Source of the DNA: a virus
Direction: 5' to 3' (one strand)
Length of the DNA stretch: 64,000 bases
Virus record (IMG/VR): IMGVR_UViG_3300017786_000003
Coordinates: 1-64,000 of that record
The notes under the pieces are model-generated. The model did not search any database and was not told the origin of the DNA. It was given only the letters and a program-made list of their open reading frames with translations. The translations under genes were made by a program, and so were the position numbers. Shown piece by piece: positions 37,862 to 48,260 of this stretch (the stretch's first letter is position 1; the number at the start of each line of letters is the position of its first letter).

Positions 37862-39018
37862 TAGTACAAGATAAGGTTGCAAGGACAACCAAAACATTAA
37901 TATTTACAGAGCCCTTTTACGGGCTTTTTTTGATTGGTATAAATAAGAAATATACTGAGAATATACCCACTGCTGGTGTAAGCAAGCATGGAATAGGTGT
38001 ACAATTGACAATAAACCCTGAATTTTTTATAAATCTAAGTGAAGATCATAGGTTTGGATTAATTAAACATGAGCTATTGCATATTGCATTTGGTCATTTA
38101 ATTATGAGAGATCTATATGCAGATCATAAATTATTTAATATAGCTGCAGATTTAGAAATCAACCAGTACATACTGGAAAGTAAATTACCTGAAGGTGGTT
38201 TATTATTGTCAAGTTTTCCTGAGTTAGATTTACCCAAGAAAGCAGGTACAAAAGAATACTATAAGTTATTAGAAGAAGCCAAAGATCAAGGAACATCTCC
38301 ATCTCTAGACAGTCTAATGGATCAAATGGATGGTACATCACAGTATTGTCATGGTACATGGAATGAGTTTGATGATTTGTCAGAAGCAGATAAAAAGCTA
38401 ATACAAAAGCAGGTGGAACATCAACTTAAGGAGTCAGCAGAGCAAACAGTAAAAAAGCAAGGGAATATACCAGGGGAGTTAAAAGATCTTATTAAAAGAT
38501 TATTAAATATAGAACCTCCTAAGTTTAATTGGAAAGCATATCTAAGAAGGTTTATTGGTAATTCAAGTATTGTATATACTAAAAAGCTAAGACGTAAGTA
38601 TAATAAACGTTATGCTGCAAATCCAGGCCTAAAGATAAAATTCAAGAATCATATACTTGTTGGTGTTGACACAAGCGGATCTGTAAACAATGATGAACTT
38701 AAAGAATTTTATTCTGAGCTTGTGCATATGCATAAGACGGGTCATAAGATTACAGTAGCACAGTGTGATACTAGATTAAATAGTGTAAAAGAATTCAATC
38801 CAAAAAAAGATTGGGAAATACATGGTCGTGGTGGAACAAGTTTCCAACCAGTAATAGATCATTATAATGAGAAAAAAGGAGCATATACTGCTCTAATATA
38901 TTTAACAGATGGTGAGGCTTATACTCCAGATGACTGTCCAAACAATACGTTATGGGTACACAGTTCAAACTGTAGTATAAATGAAGAGTTACCAGGAAAG
39001 AAAATTCAACTTAATTAA
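37858..39018 (+). CDS. DUF2201-family metallopeptidase-vWA protein
   Basis: HELLH (HExxH), NIAADLEIN; MIDAS DTSGS, GRGGTSF, TDG. Confidence 0.88.
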   Translation: MIVQDKVARTTKTLIFTEPFYGLFLIGINKKYTENIPTAGVSKHGIGVQLTINPEFFINLSEDHRFGLIKHELLHIAFGHLIMRDLYADHKLFNIAADLEINQYILESKLPEGGLLLSSFPELDLPKKAGTKEYYKLLEEAKDQGTSPSLDSLMDQMDGTSQYCHGTWNEFDDLSEADKKLIQKQVEHQLKESAEQTVKKQGNIPGELKDLIKRLLNIEPPKFNWKAYLRRFIGNSSIVYTKKLRRKYNKRYAANPGLKIKFKNHILVGVDTSGSVNNDELKEFYSELVHMHKTGHKITVAQCDTRLNSVKEFNPKKDWEIHGRGGTSFQPVIDHYNEKKGAYTALIYLTDGEAYTPDDCPNNTLWVHSSNCSINEELPGKKIQLN

Positions 39019-39028
39019 TAAAATAAAA

Positions 39029-40303
39029 ATGGCAGAAGTAAATTTAAATGTAACAGAACTAAAAGGATTTGTAAATCATATTATATCTAACAACAGATTC
39101 TTACAAGAAGAAGGTAAGAACTCTGTATCTGTAGAGATTGTAGGTGAGTCAGGTATTGGTAAGACTTCAACTGTAGTAGAGCTAGCTAAAGAAAATAACC
39201 TAAACTATGTCAAGCTTAATTTAGCACAGATAGAAGAGTTAGGTGACTTAGTAGGTTTTCCTGTTAGACAATTTCAAATGTATAAAGAAAAAGTAATAAC
39301 CAAACCTAATAATGAATTAGCAATGGTTACTGCAACACAGAGAGCTGCAGGTTCTAGCTTAGCAAATCTAAACACAACTGTTACCAAAAAGGTAGGGCAA
39401 TGGGTAGATGAACTTGCTGTACAGGAGTATCTGAAGAATGGATACAAGATGACTGGTAAGAATAGAATGTCTTACTGTGCACCAGAGTGGATTGCAGACA
39501 AGAAAGATGGTGGTATATTATTGTTAGATGACTGGAACCGTGCAGATACAAGATTTATTCAAGCGGTTATGGAATTGATAGACCGTCAGACTTATATCTC
39601 ATGGACACTACCAAAGGACTGGCACATAATTTTGACAGCAAACCCAGACAACGGAGATTATATGGTTAATAGCATTGATTCAGCTCAGAAGACCAGATAT
39701 GTAACCGCTAACTTGAAGTTTGATGTTAATGTATGGGCACAATGGGCAGAAGGTGCAGGAATTGATACTAGATGTATCAACTTCCTGTTACTGAACCCAG
39801 AGTTAGTAACACAAGAAACTAATGCAAGATCAATTACTACATTCTTTAATGCAATATCAAGCTTTGAATCATTTGAAGATAATCTTTCTATGATCCAAAT
39901 GATTGGTGAAGGTAGTGTTGGTGATGCATTTGCATCTATGTTTACTACATTCATTAATAATAAACTAGATAAACTTGTAACTCCTAAAGATTTATTGACA
40001 CATGATAATGAGTCATATATTCTTGGAGAGTTAAAGAGTTGTATTGGTAAATTAGATGGAGATAACTATCGTGCAGATATAGCAGCAACATTAGCAACTA
40101 GACTTGGTAATTATGCTGTAGTATATTCGCAAGATAATACTATTAACCAAAAGATTACTGATAGATTAAAGTCATTGTGTACTAAAGAATACTTTACAAA
40201 TGATTTAAAGTATTTAATAGTTCGTACAATCTTTAATGGCAATAAAAAGAAGTTTAATAAACTAATGATGATTCCAGAGATCATCCAAATGACAATGAAA
40301 TAA
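39029..40303 (+). CDS. MoxR-like AAA+ ATPase
   Basis: GESGIGKT, ELGDLVGFP, LLLDDWNRA, TANP, DSAQKTR; ATG at 39029. Confidence 0.88.
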   Translation: MAEVNLNVTELKGFVNHIISNNRFLQEEGKNSVSVEIVGESGIGKTSTVVELAKENNLNYVKLNLAQIEELGDLVGFPVRQFQMYKEKVITKPNNELAMVTATQRAAGSSLANLNTTVTKKVGQWVDELAVQEYLKNGYKMTGKNRMSYCAPEWIADKKDGGILLLDDWNRADTRFIQAVMELIDRQTYISWTLPKDWHIILTANPDNGDYMVNSIDSAQKTRYVTANLKFDVNVWAQWAEGAGIDTRCINFLLLNPELVTQETNARSITTFFNAISSFESFEDNLSMIQMIGEGSVGDAFASMFTTFINNKLDKLVTPKDLLTHDNESYILGELKSCIGKLDGDNYRADIAATLATRLGNYAVVYSQDNTINQKITDRLKSLCTKEYFTNDLKYLIVRTIFNGNKKKFNKLMMIPEIIQMTMK

Positions 40304-41334
40304 TGGCAAAAAAAGCAGTACATCAAAATTATGATGCAGATGCTTTGAAATTCTTTGGATTAGAAACTGACCCACAATATGGGTTGGTTTCTAGTTCCCA
40401 AAGTATTGACAAAGTATTATGTACTCAAGATGAAACAACATATAATAAAATACACAGTATATTAACTGTTCCAACAGAGGATGGTAATACTTTTAGAACA
40501 AAAAAGAAAGCTTTTGTTTTACCTAGATGCAATGTGAGTAATGATAGGATAAAAGCAGCTCTTAAAGAGCATAGTATAACTGTTACAAATGATTATGAGA
40601 AAGCTGATCTAATTGTAAGTCATGAAGATATATCTACACATAGACTAGAGAATGGTGATAATATACCAACTACAGTTATGATGAATAAGATATGGAATTA
40701 TGAAACTACTTTAGGAGATGAGCATTCTAGTGGTTTACTTGAAACTATATGGAGCTCAGGGATAGAGTGTATACTTACCCCTAAGATAACTGATATTGTA
40801 TCTTATTATAAAATTGATACCCATGTAAGTCTATATGATAATTGGATGATATCAGCATTAGCAATAAATCTTGCTCATTTAATTGAAACTACCAGTTTAG
40901 CTGTAGTGTCTGTTGATGATGTATTACATAGTTCAGCAACAAGAATAGAGCTCAGTGAAGAAGTATTAAAAGACTTGATCGCTCAGATCAATTCATATGA
41001 AAGTAAGAGTCTTGCACTTAAAATAGTTCCAACTATAAATTATAATAAGAACTATCATTTATTATGGGAATTGGCTCAGTCTTGTCCAGAAATAGAGTAT
41101 GGAGATACCAGAGATAAGGACCTAAAATATTGGGTTAAGTGCTCTAATTTTATTAGCTTTACTAGAAAAAGTGCACAAGATATGATACTCTGGTTAGAAG
41201 AACAGGAGTTACTTAATAAAGAATCATTTAAGTACTTAGAGCCTATAGTAAGAAAGGAGATAAGTATACATAATAGAGACTTATATACGTTCAAAGTAGC
41301 TGTTAAAAAAGAATATCAACAATATTTAAAATAA
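40303..41334 (+). CDS. Hypothetical protein with BRCT-like N-domain
   Basis: KAFVLPRCNVSNDRIKAALKEHSITVTNDYEKADLIVS; paralogous to the next gene. Confidence 0.55.
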   Translation: MAKKAVHQNYDADALKFFGLETDPQYGLVSSSQSIDKVLCTQDETTYNKIHSILTVPTEDGNTFRTKKKAFVLPRCNVSNDRIKAALKEHSITVTNDYEKADLIVSHEDISTHRLENGDNIPTTVMMNKIWNYETTLGDEHSSGLLETIWSSGIECILTPKITDIVSYYKIDTHVSLYDNWMISALAINLAHLIETTSLAVVSVDDVLHSSATRIELSEEVLKDLIAQINSYESKSLALKIVPTINYNKNYHLLWELAQSCPEIEYGDTRDKDLKYWVKCSNFISFTRKSAQDMILWLEEQELLNKESFKYLEPIVRKEISIHNRDLYTFKVAVKKEYQQYLK

Positions 41335-41338
41335 TAAA

Positions 41339-42478
41339 ATGTTATATAAATTAGAAATTCCAGACATAAAAGAGGGGCATACTCAAATAGAAGCAGAGGG
41401 GGTTAGTATTAACCGTCTAGGTTACCATGTAGGAGCCATTCAGGGTTGGGAAGTACAAGATAAAGATTTAACTCATTTAGGTCTTAAGTTAGATAAAGTA
41501 GATTTACAAGATAAATCAATATATAGATTTCCTAAGTTAAATTTGCCAAGAGCAAAGTTTGATTTACTAAAAGAAAAGTTCAGTTGTAAATTAATTAGAA
41601 ACAAAGATAATGCAGATGCGGCTATAGTCTCTTCTAAGTATATTAATAAACTAGTCAGTACAAATTGGTATATGTCAGTAGATTCTTCACAGTTATTTAA
41701 ATTCTTGACTCAACTTAAACAAGCTGATTTACTAGCTCAGTGTGCTGTAGATAAGTTTAATAACTTCTTTCAGGATCCAGAACAGTTTATACCTGGTTGT
41801 AGGATACAAGTAACATCATCATATAGTTATGGTCAAACTGCACCACAAAATAAATCGGTTACTCAAATTTTTAAAGATTGGAAAGAAGAGTGTGAAAAGG
41901 CAAGAGTAAAGAATAATATAAGAGATGTATATATTGAGGATACAGAAGATTTAAATAATTGGTTATATATGATTGATCCGTCTAACACGGTATATTTAGA
42001 TAGTCATGTTATGGAGAAGACAAATGAAGGTTTGGCTATTCTTCCAGATGAGGAATTCAAAAATATAAAAGATATGATAACCAGTGATGATAGATCTACT
42101 AGAACACTCTGTATAGAAATGTTAGCTAATTGTAATCTAAGTGAATCTATGAATGTTATAGCACCTCTTTACTGGTGGTATTATGAGTATTTCAAAGATA
42201 CTAATAATTGGAACTCAGTTAATGTAAAAGCTTTTCGTGAGGCTCTAAAACCATTACAAGGTGGTCATTCTTTTCAAAATATCTGGTCATATAATCAATT
42301 AATAAAAATTATGTCAGATAGAGGACAACTTACTGACTTCATATATAAACATACACGCAACTTATTGTATACTCAATTATTAGGGACACATATAGGACCT
42401 TCATCTGAGATGTGGACTATAGAGGAGAATGCAATTAGTTTAAGACCTGGGTTATTTAAAATAAATGAAGATGAATAA
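41339..42478 (+). CDS. Hypothetical protein with BRCT-like N-domain
   Basis: KSIYRFPKLNLPRAKFDLLKEKFSCKLIRNKDNADAAIVS; C-domain EEFKNIKDMITSDD....LCIEMLANCN. Confidence 0.55.
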   Translation: MLYKLEIPDIKEGHTQIEAEGVSINRLGYHVGAIQGWEVQDKDLTHLGLKLDKVDLQDKSIYRFPKLNLPRAKFDLLKEKFSCKLIRNKDNADAAIVSSKYINKLVSTNWYMSVDSSQLFKFLTQLKQADLLAQCAVDKFNNFFQDPEQFIPGCRIQVTSSYSYGQTAPQNKSVTQIFKDWKEECEKARVKNNIRDVYIEDTEDLNNWLYMIDPSNTVYLDSHVMEKTNEGLAILPDEEFKNIKDMITSDDRSTRTLCIEMLANCNLSESMNVIAPLYWWYYEYFKDTNNWNSVNVKAFREALKPLQGGHSFQNIWSYNQLIKIMSDRGQLTDFIYKHTRNLLYTQLLGTHIGPSSEMWTIEENAISLRPGLFKINEDE

Positions 42479-43460
42479 AGACCATAAAAAAGAGGAGGAG
42501 TTCTATGCAGATAAAGATTTCTGTTTTAGCTACTCCTCTTTAAATAAATTATTGTTTACACCTTCCTTATTCTATAAGGATTATATACTGCAAGATCGTG
42601 AGATCAGAACAGACAAGCATTTAATTGAAGGTAAAGCTTTACATTGTCTGATGTTTGAGCCAGAACAATTTACTTCCAAGTTTAATATTGTACCGGGTAA
42701 GTTACCTAGTGATAATATAAGAAAGGTATTAAAAGACATGTCTCTTTATACAGATGCTGAAACGCTAGACAGCTGTGAGGATTTTGTAATTTTAGATTCA
42801 CTTAAGAATTTAAACCTATATCAATCTCTTAAAGCTGATGACTCAAGACTATCTAAGGTAAGAACAGAAGAAGCTGAAACTTATTGGAGGTTCTTACAAA
42901 ATCCTAGTGTAGATGTGATAGATCAAGAAACAAATACAAGATTAGGAGAAAGCTTAACATATCTTAAGAATAATGAAGAAGTTATGGCTTTACTTAGTAA
43001 TGAAACTACTGACTTTGATTTAGATCCAATTGAAATACATTGTGAAAAGTATTTAAAATCAGAGTTAAAGGATTGTTCTTTTGGTCTACATGGTTATGTT
43101 GATTATCTTAAAATAGATAATGATAACAAGACTGCTATTATCTGTGATTTAAAAACAACAGGTAAGACTGTTGCAGACTTTAAAGAGACTGTAGATTTCT
43201 ATAATTATTGGTTACAAGCATCTATTTATATGAAGCTTGTATATGATTTCTTAGGAGATAAAGCAGATGAATATACCCTTGAGTTTAAGTTTATTGTAAT
43301 AGATAAATATAACCAAGTATATGTCTTTGATGTTAGTGAACAGAGTATGAATGACTGGTCAAATGGTCTTAGTGGTGTAATTAATACTGCAAAATTCCAT
43401 TATAATAGTAGAAATTACTCCCTTCCTATGGATTTCTTAGCAAATAAGATTAAATTATAG
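42465..43460 (+). CDS. PD-(D/E)XK exonuclease (RecE/DUF3799-like)
   Basis: SYSSL, GKALHCL, E...HGYVDYL...ICDLKTT, YWLQASIY. Confidence 0.85.
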   Translation: MKMNKDHKKEEEFYADKDFCFSYSSLNKLLFTPSLFYKDYILQDREIRTDKHLIEGKALHCLMFEPEQFTSKFNIVPGKLPSDNIRKVLKDMSLYTDAETLDSCEDFVILDSLKNLNLYQSLKADDSRLSKVRTEEAETYWRFLQNPSVDVIDQETNTRLGESLTYLKNNEEVMALLSNETTDFDLDPIEIHCEKYLKSELKDCSFGLHGYVDYLKIDNDNKTAIICDLKTTGKTVADFKETVDFYNYWLQASIYMKLVYDFLGDKADEYTLEFKFIVIDKYNQVYVFDVSEQSMNDWSNGLSGVINTAKFHYNSRNYSLPMDFLANKIKL

Positions 43461-43461
43461 T

Positions 43462-44046
43462 ATGAGTAAGGTTTATACTGATTATTTTCAAAAGAGTAAA
43501 GTCTTTTTATATCCTTTATTAGGAATAAAGAAAGGTATTGCATTTGTTCCTAGGCAAACTTATATTGCCTGGGAGCATGTGTATGCTTTTGATAATTATA
43601 AACTTTTATGTGAGTATCGTACTAAGATGAATGATACATTTACTAAGTTTTCTTATAGGTATCTAGAGAGTCATCCACTATATGAGGATCATATAGAACT
43701 AGAAGAAGGCAAACAATTATATATTTTTAATCTTGAGTCACATAAACCTGACCTAGTACGTTTTAAAAATGGATTGTATTCTCAATTTAGTCTTGATGCA
43801 AAAATAACTATATTAGATTTCTTTGGGGACCAAGGAAAGGTTTCTGATTATATACATACTTTTCTTACTCCGTCAGAGGGGTTTGATGATTATGCAAACT
43901 TCTTAAACATTGATGTTAAAACATTAGAAGAAATAGGAGAGTTATGTTCTAAACCAGATCTTGAAAAAGAAACTTTAGTTGATAATAATCAATTTTTATA
44001 TCAACTATTAAAAAATAGTTCCATATATTTGTCAAAATCAAAATAA
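43462..44046 (+). CDS. Hypothetical protein (conserved next to the exonuclease)
   Basis: FLYPLLGI...F.NGLYSQFS...ELCSKPDLEKE. Confidence 0.65.
   Translation: MSKVYTDYFQKSKVFLYPLLGIKKGIAFVPRQTYIAWEHVYAFDNYKLLCEYRTKMNDTFTKFSYRYLESHPLYEDHIELEEGKQLYIFNLESHKPDLVRFKNGLYSQFSLDAKITILDFFGDQGKVSDYIHTFLTPSEGFDDYANFLNIDVKTLEEIGELCSKPDLEKETLVDNNQFLYQLLKNSSIYLSKSK
44024..44031 (+). promoter_or_regulatory. Bacteroidota sigma70 -7 box TATATTTG
   Basis: Matches TAnnTTTG about 22 nt before the 44053 ATG. Confidence 0.5.
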
Positions 44047-44052
44047 CAATTT

Positions 44053-44469
44053 ATGTCACAAATAGGACAAAATATGATGTTAGTAAATTCTAGCTTTAGA
44101 AATGCTAAATCATTCACATTAATTCCAGTGAGTAATGACTCACCATATGTAGAAGCTATGTTTGACCCAACGTCAGGCATCTTAGCTGTCATCAGTAAAG
44201 TGATGAAACAATCTTATCACATGGTACCTAAATTAGATGATGAAGGTCAACCTATGAGATTAAAGAAACCTAATATGCAGACGGGTAAAACTGTTAAAGA
44301 AGAAAGAAGATTGGTTGATACCTTTTCTGAGTTTTATCTTAGTGATAGAGAAGACATTGAAAGATTTATACATATGTTTGCAGTTAATGCAGACAACTTT
44401 AGTGTAGAAGAATTCTTTGTGGATCTTAAAAAAACTGAGCCATCAAAAATTATATTACCTGGACAGTAG
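44053..44469 (+). CDS. Hypothetical protein (crAss-like conserved)
   Basis: FTLIPVSNDSPYVEAMFDP...LAVISK. Confidence 0.7.
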   Translation: MSQIGQNMMLVNSSFRNAKSFTLIPVSNDSPYVEAMFDPTSGILAVISKVMKQSYHMVPKLDDEGQPMRLKKPNMQTGKTVKEERRLVDTFSEFYLSDREDIERFIHMFAVNADNFSVEEFFVDLKKTEPSKIILPGQ

Positions 44470-44503
44470 ATTTCGTGGTTGACTTGCTACTGACTTAAAA
44501 AGG

Positions 44504-44529
44504 AAAGCCTATTGACGTAGGCTTTTTTT
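44504..44529 (+). terminator. Intrinsic terminator
   Basis: AAAGCCTA-TTGACG-TAGGCTTT-TTTT. Confidence 0.7.
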
Positions 44530-44554
44530 GGCTCTAATAATTAAAAATGTAAAT

Positions 44555-46549
44555 ATGAAACACTGGGTAATGGACTATGAAACGTTATCTAATTGTTTTA
44601 CAGGTGTATTTGAACATTACAAAACTTCAGAAACTAAAGTCTTTGTGATACATGATCTGCAAAATGATTTAGATATTCTAATTGAGTTCTTAAAACAAAA
44701 TATAAAAAACAGAGAGTGGCATATATCCTATAATGGATTAGCTTTTGATGGACAGGTCACTCATTATATATTAGATAACTATAATAAGTGGGACTCTAAT
44801 CTTAGTGGATGTGATATAGCTTGTACTATATATAATTATGCACAAAGTTGTATTCAAAAATCTAGGAATAAAGAGTTTCAAGATTATCCGCAATGGAAAA
44901 TGCAAATAGGTCAGATAGATATATTTAAAATGCATCATTGGGATAACCCTGCTAAACGTTCTAGTTTAAAATGGATTCAGTATAGTATGGATTGGCAAAA
45001 TATTCTTGATATGCCTATACATCATGACACAGAGATAACTACTCAAGAAGAGATAGATACAATTCTTGAGTATTGTATTAATGATGTCAAGTCTACTAAA
45101 GAAATATACAATAGATCTAAATCACAGATTGGGCTTAGAAAAGAACTTACTAAAACATATGGAATAAATATGTTTAGTGCTTCTGAACCAAGAATAAGTA
45201 AAGATATATTTGGTTATTATCTAACTAAGATGCTAAACGTTAGTAAAAGGGATCTTAGAAATATGAAGACATATAGAGATAGTATTAAGATATCAGACAT
45301 TATCTTACCCTATATTAAGTTTACATCTCTTGAGATGAATACACTACTTAGTAGATTCAGATCTCTTGAAGTTGATGGTAAAAGCTTAAAAGGTAGTTTC
45401 AAGTATGGTCTAGACTATAAAGGTGTTAAAACCCACTTTGGTTTAGGCGGGGTACACGGTGCTGCTAGCAAAGGTGTTTATGAGAGTGATGAGGATATGG
45501 TTATAATGTCTTCAGATGTAACCAGTTTCTATCCTAATCTTGCTATAAAGAATAAGTTTGCCCCAGGTCATTTCCCTAAAGAAGAATTTTGTAATCAATA
45601 TGAATGGTTCTTTAATGAAAGAAAGAAGATACCTAAGAGTAATCCTATGAACTATGTCTATAAGATTATACTTAACAGTACCTTTGGCCTTAGTAATGAT
45701 GATAAGAGTTTCTTTTATGATCCTGAGTTATGTTTACGTATTACAATTAATGGTCAGTTAACGCTGATGATGTTGTATGAAATGATTATGGAAAGGATCC
45801 CCGGTGCATTTGCTTTATTGCAGAATACTGATGGTGTAGAAACTTTAATACCACGTTCTTATATAGAAGAGTACATGGCTATTTGTAAAGAGTGGGAAGA
45901 AATAACTAACTTACAACTGGAGCATGATGAATATCAAAAGCTTGTATTAGCTGATGTCAATAATTATATTGGTGTGAATAACTTTGTAGAAGTTGACATC
46001 ACTAAATGGAGAGAAGTTAAACAGAGTCAGCCTCATTATCTTTTTAAGGTAGAGAATGATAAGTTTAGCTTTGCTCCGGTTAAGTTAAAGGGACGTTTTG
46101 ATTTCCATAATTTACAGCTACATAAGAATAAATCCAAACTAGTTATACCAAAAGCTATTTATAATTACTTTGTTCATGATACTTTACCAGAACAATATCT
46201 AGATGAAAATAAAAACATCTTAGATTACTGTATTGGTGGCAAGTCTAAAGGACAATGGGAACAAGTAGCACGCTCTATTAAAGACGGATCTTTCTATGAA
46301 GAGAAGTTACAGAAAATTAATAGATACTTTATATCTAAAAATGGTGTCAAGATTATAAAAGTAAATAAAAATGATCAGAGAGAGATACAATTAGAATCAG
46401 GTAAATGGCTACAAACAGTATTTAATGATATGAAGGTTGAACCTAAATGGGATAACTACAATATTAATAAAGCTTACTATTTGCAGGCTATAGAAACTGA
46501 GATTAATAATATCTTATCTGTTTCAACTAATCAACTTAAACTATTTTAA
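44555..46549 (+). CDS. polB: DNA polymerase, family B
   Basis: Exo I MDYET, exo II SYNGLAFD, exo III YCINDV; pol motifs SDVTSFYPN, KIILNSTFG, NTDG; ATG at 44555. Confidence 0.92.
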   Translation: MKHWVMDYETLSNCFTGVFEHYKTSETKVFVIHDLQNDLDILIEFLKQNIKNREWHISYNGLAFDGQVTHYILDNYNKWDSNLSGCDIACTIYNYAQSCIQKSRNKEFQDYPQWKMQIGQIDIFKMHHWDNPAKRSSLKWIQYSMDWQNILDMPIHHDTEITTQEEIDTILEYCINDVKSTKEIYNRSKSQIGLRKELTKTYGINMFSASEPRISKDIFGYYLTKMLNVSKRDLRNMKTYRDSIKISDIILPYIKFTSLEMNTLLSRFRSLEVDGKSLKGSFKYGLDYKGVKTHFGLGGVHGAASKGVYESDEDMVIMSSDVTSFYPNLAIKNKFAPGHFPKEEFCNQYEWFFNERKKIPKSNPMNYVYKIILNSTFGLSNDDKSFFYDPELCLRITINGQLTLMMLYEMIMERIPGAFALLQNTDGVETLIPRSYIEEYMAICKEWEEITNLQLEHDEYQKLVLADVNNYIGVNNFVEVDITKWREVKQSQPHYLFKVENDKFSFAPVKLKGRFDFHNLQLHKNKSKLVIPKAIYNYFVHDTLPEQYLDENKNILDYCIGGKSKGQWEQVARSIKDGSFYEEKLQKINRYFISKNGVKIIKVNKNDQREIQLESGKWLQTVFNDMKVEPKWDNYNINKAYYLQAIETEINNILSVSTNQLKLF

Positions 46550-46785
46550 TGATAACTAAACAGCTACATGATGTACCTGTCGGGAGTAAAGTCAAGATAA
46601 TAAGACCCAAACATTATCTTGGCACTCCCCCAGCATCATTTAATATTAAAGAAGATGAAGTATTAACTTATACTTTTAAGGATGGCATGTATGCATGCTG
46701 TACAGATGAGGAAGGCAATAAATTACATGTTGCAGGCTGGACTGAAGTAGAAATTATTGAAGAACGTTTGGCTGACTCAGAATAA
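46549..46785 (+). CDS. Hypothetical protein
   Basis: 78 aa, coupled to polB. Confidence 0.6.
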   Translation: MITKQLHDVPVGSKVKIIRPKHYLGTPPASFNIKEDEVLTYTFKDGMYACCTDEEGNKLHVAGWTEVEIIEERLADSE

Positions 46786-46816
46786 TTAATTATATTTACA
46801 CTTAAAAAGTTTAATT

Positions 46817-47692
46817 ATGGGATATATAAAACCAAAAGAAACCACAAGATGGCATTTAGAAAATGCACCTTTACCAAATCATGGTAAGAGTTATACAGTT
46901 ATATCACACAAACAGGTGATAGATAACACTATGAAACTGCTCAATGATAGCGGATTCATTATACAAAAATCATTTTATAGAGCTAGTACAAATGCTAGCG
47001 TAGCACAAGGTATATATTATATACATCCTGCTAATACTAAAAATGATTTAATATTAAATGAAGGTGAGCTAGGGATGATGTTTGCCTGGACAAATTCATA
47101 TGATAAGAGCACACGTTTTCAATGTGCTATTGGAGGATATGTAAAAGTATCCTCAAACGGTCTTATAGCTGGAGACTTATTAAATTATAAAAGAAAGCAC
47201 ACGGGATCTGCAGACATGGATGCTAAAGTACAAATTAGTAATCAAATAAAAAATGCAGAGAAGTATTATGAACGCATAATACAAGACCGTAATGTTATGA
47301 AAGATGTTAGAATTACTAGACAACAACAATCTGAATTGATTGGTAGATTGTTTATTGATGAAAAACTTCTTGACTCACAACAAATGAGTAATATTAAAGC
47401 AGAAATGCACAAACCTACATATCAATATGATACTAATCCTGAAACTGCATGGTGTTTTTATAATGTCATTTCTAATGCATTAAAGAAGGCCCATCCAAGA
47501 GAGTGGTTATGTGATCAACAAAACTTTCATGACTTTATGATTGCTCTTTGTCTTAGTAATAGTTACGTAACTATAGAAGAGGAAGTAGAAATTATAGGAG
47601 AAAATGAGTTTGATAATATAGTTGTGGGAGAAGATGTAGAAATATTTGATGATGGTACATGGATTAATCCTCAAGTATCTTTAGCATTATGA
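46817..47692 (+). CDS. DUF932-family protein
   Basis: SYTVISHKQVID, WTNSYDKS..F..AIG....V.SNG, KRKHTG, TAWCFYN. Confidence 0.75.
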   Translation: MGYIKPKETTRWHLENAPLPNHGKSYTVISHKQVIDNTMKLLNDSGFIIQKSFYRASTNASVAQGIYYIHPANTKNDLILNEGELGMMFAWTNSYDKSTRFQCAIGGYVKVSSNGLIAGDLLNYKRKHTGSADMDAKVQISNQIKNAEKYYERIIQDRNVMKDVRITRQQQSELIGRLFIDEKLLDSQQMSNIKAEMHKPTYQYDTNPETAWCFYNVISNALKKAHPREWLCDQQNFHDFMIALCLSNSYVTIEEEVEIIGENEFDNIVVGEDVEIFDDGTWINPQVSLAL

Positions 47693-47766
47693 CACTAAAC
47701 ATCATTTTATTGGGAATATTATGTTTATGTATTTACATATGTTTCTGTATGAATGAAACCAAATAA
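47689..47766 (+). CDS. Small hydrophobic peptide (25 aa)
   Basis: MTLNIILLGILCLCIYICFCMNETK; ATG overlaps the previous stop. Confidence 0.35.
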   Translation: MTLNIILLGILCLCIYICFCMNETK

Positions 47767-47832
47767 TTAGGAGACAACCAACTGGGGTCAAGTTTTTGCA
47801 TTCTTGGCCCTTCTCCTTTTAAATATAAACAA

Positions 47833-48255
47833 ATGAAAGATAAAGCAACTAAAAGAAAAGAAAGACCAGTATTTACTGGAGTATTAAAATATTTTCCGGA
47901 TGCTATTATGGAAATAGCACGTGTATCACTACAAGGGAACAAACAACACCATCCAAATAAACCTTTACATTGGGATCGTAGTAAATCAAATGATGATTTT
48001 GATGCATTAGCTAGACATTTAATTGATGCAGGAACTATAGATGATGATGGAATTCGTCACACATCAAAGGTTGCCTGGAGAGCGTTGGCTTGCTTACAAA
48101 AAGAGCTTGAGCTTGAGAAAGAGAAAGGTCTTCTAGGTGCTGTGGAACAATATAATAGAAACCGTGATGTTAAGGATCATATAACTTCTATTGAACAACT
48201 GCCATATGAAATTATAAGTGGAACAGAGTCAGCATATGTTGATGGAGGAGTATAG
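47833..48255 (+). CDS. dATP/dGTP diphosphohydrolase (DUF5664-like)
   Basis: YFPDAIMEIARVSLQGNKQH...WDRSKS.D..DALARHL...H..KVAWRALA. Confidence 0.75.
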   Translation: MKDKATKRKERPVFTGVLKYFPDAIMEIARVSLQGNKQHHPNKPLHWDRSKSNDDFDALARHLIDAGTIDDDGIRHTSKVAWRALACLQKELELEKEKGLLGAVEQYNRNRDVKDHITSIEQLPYEIISGTESAYVDGGV

Positions 48256-48260
48256 AAACT

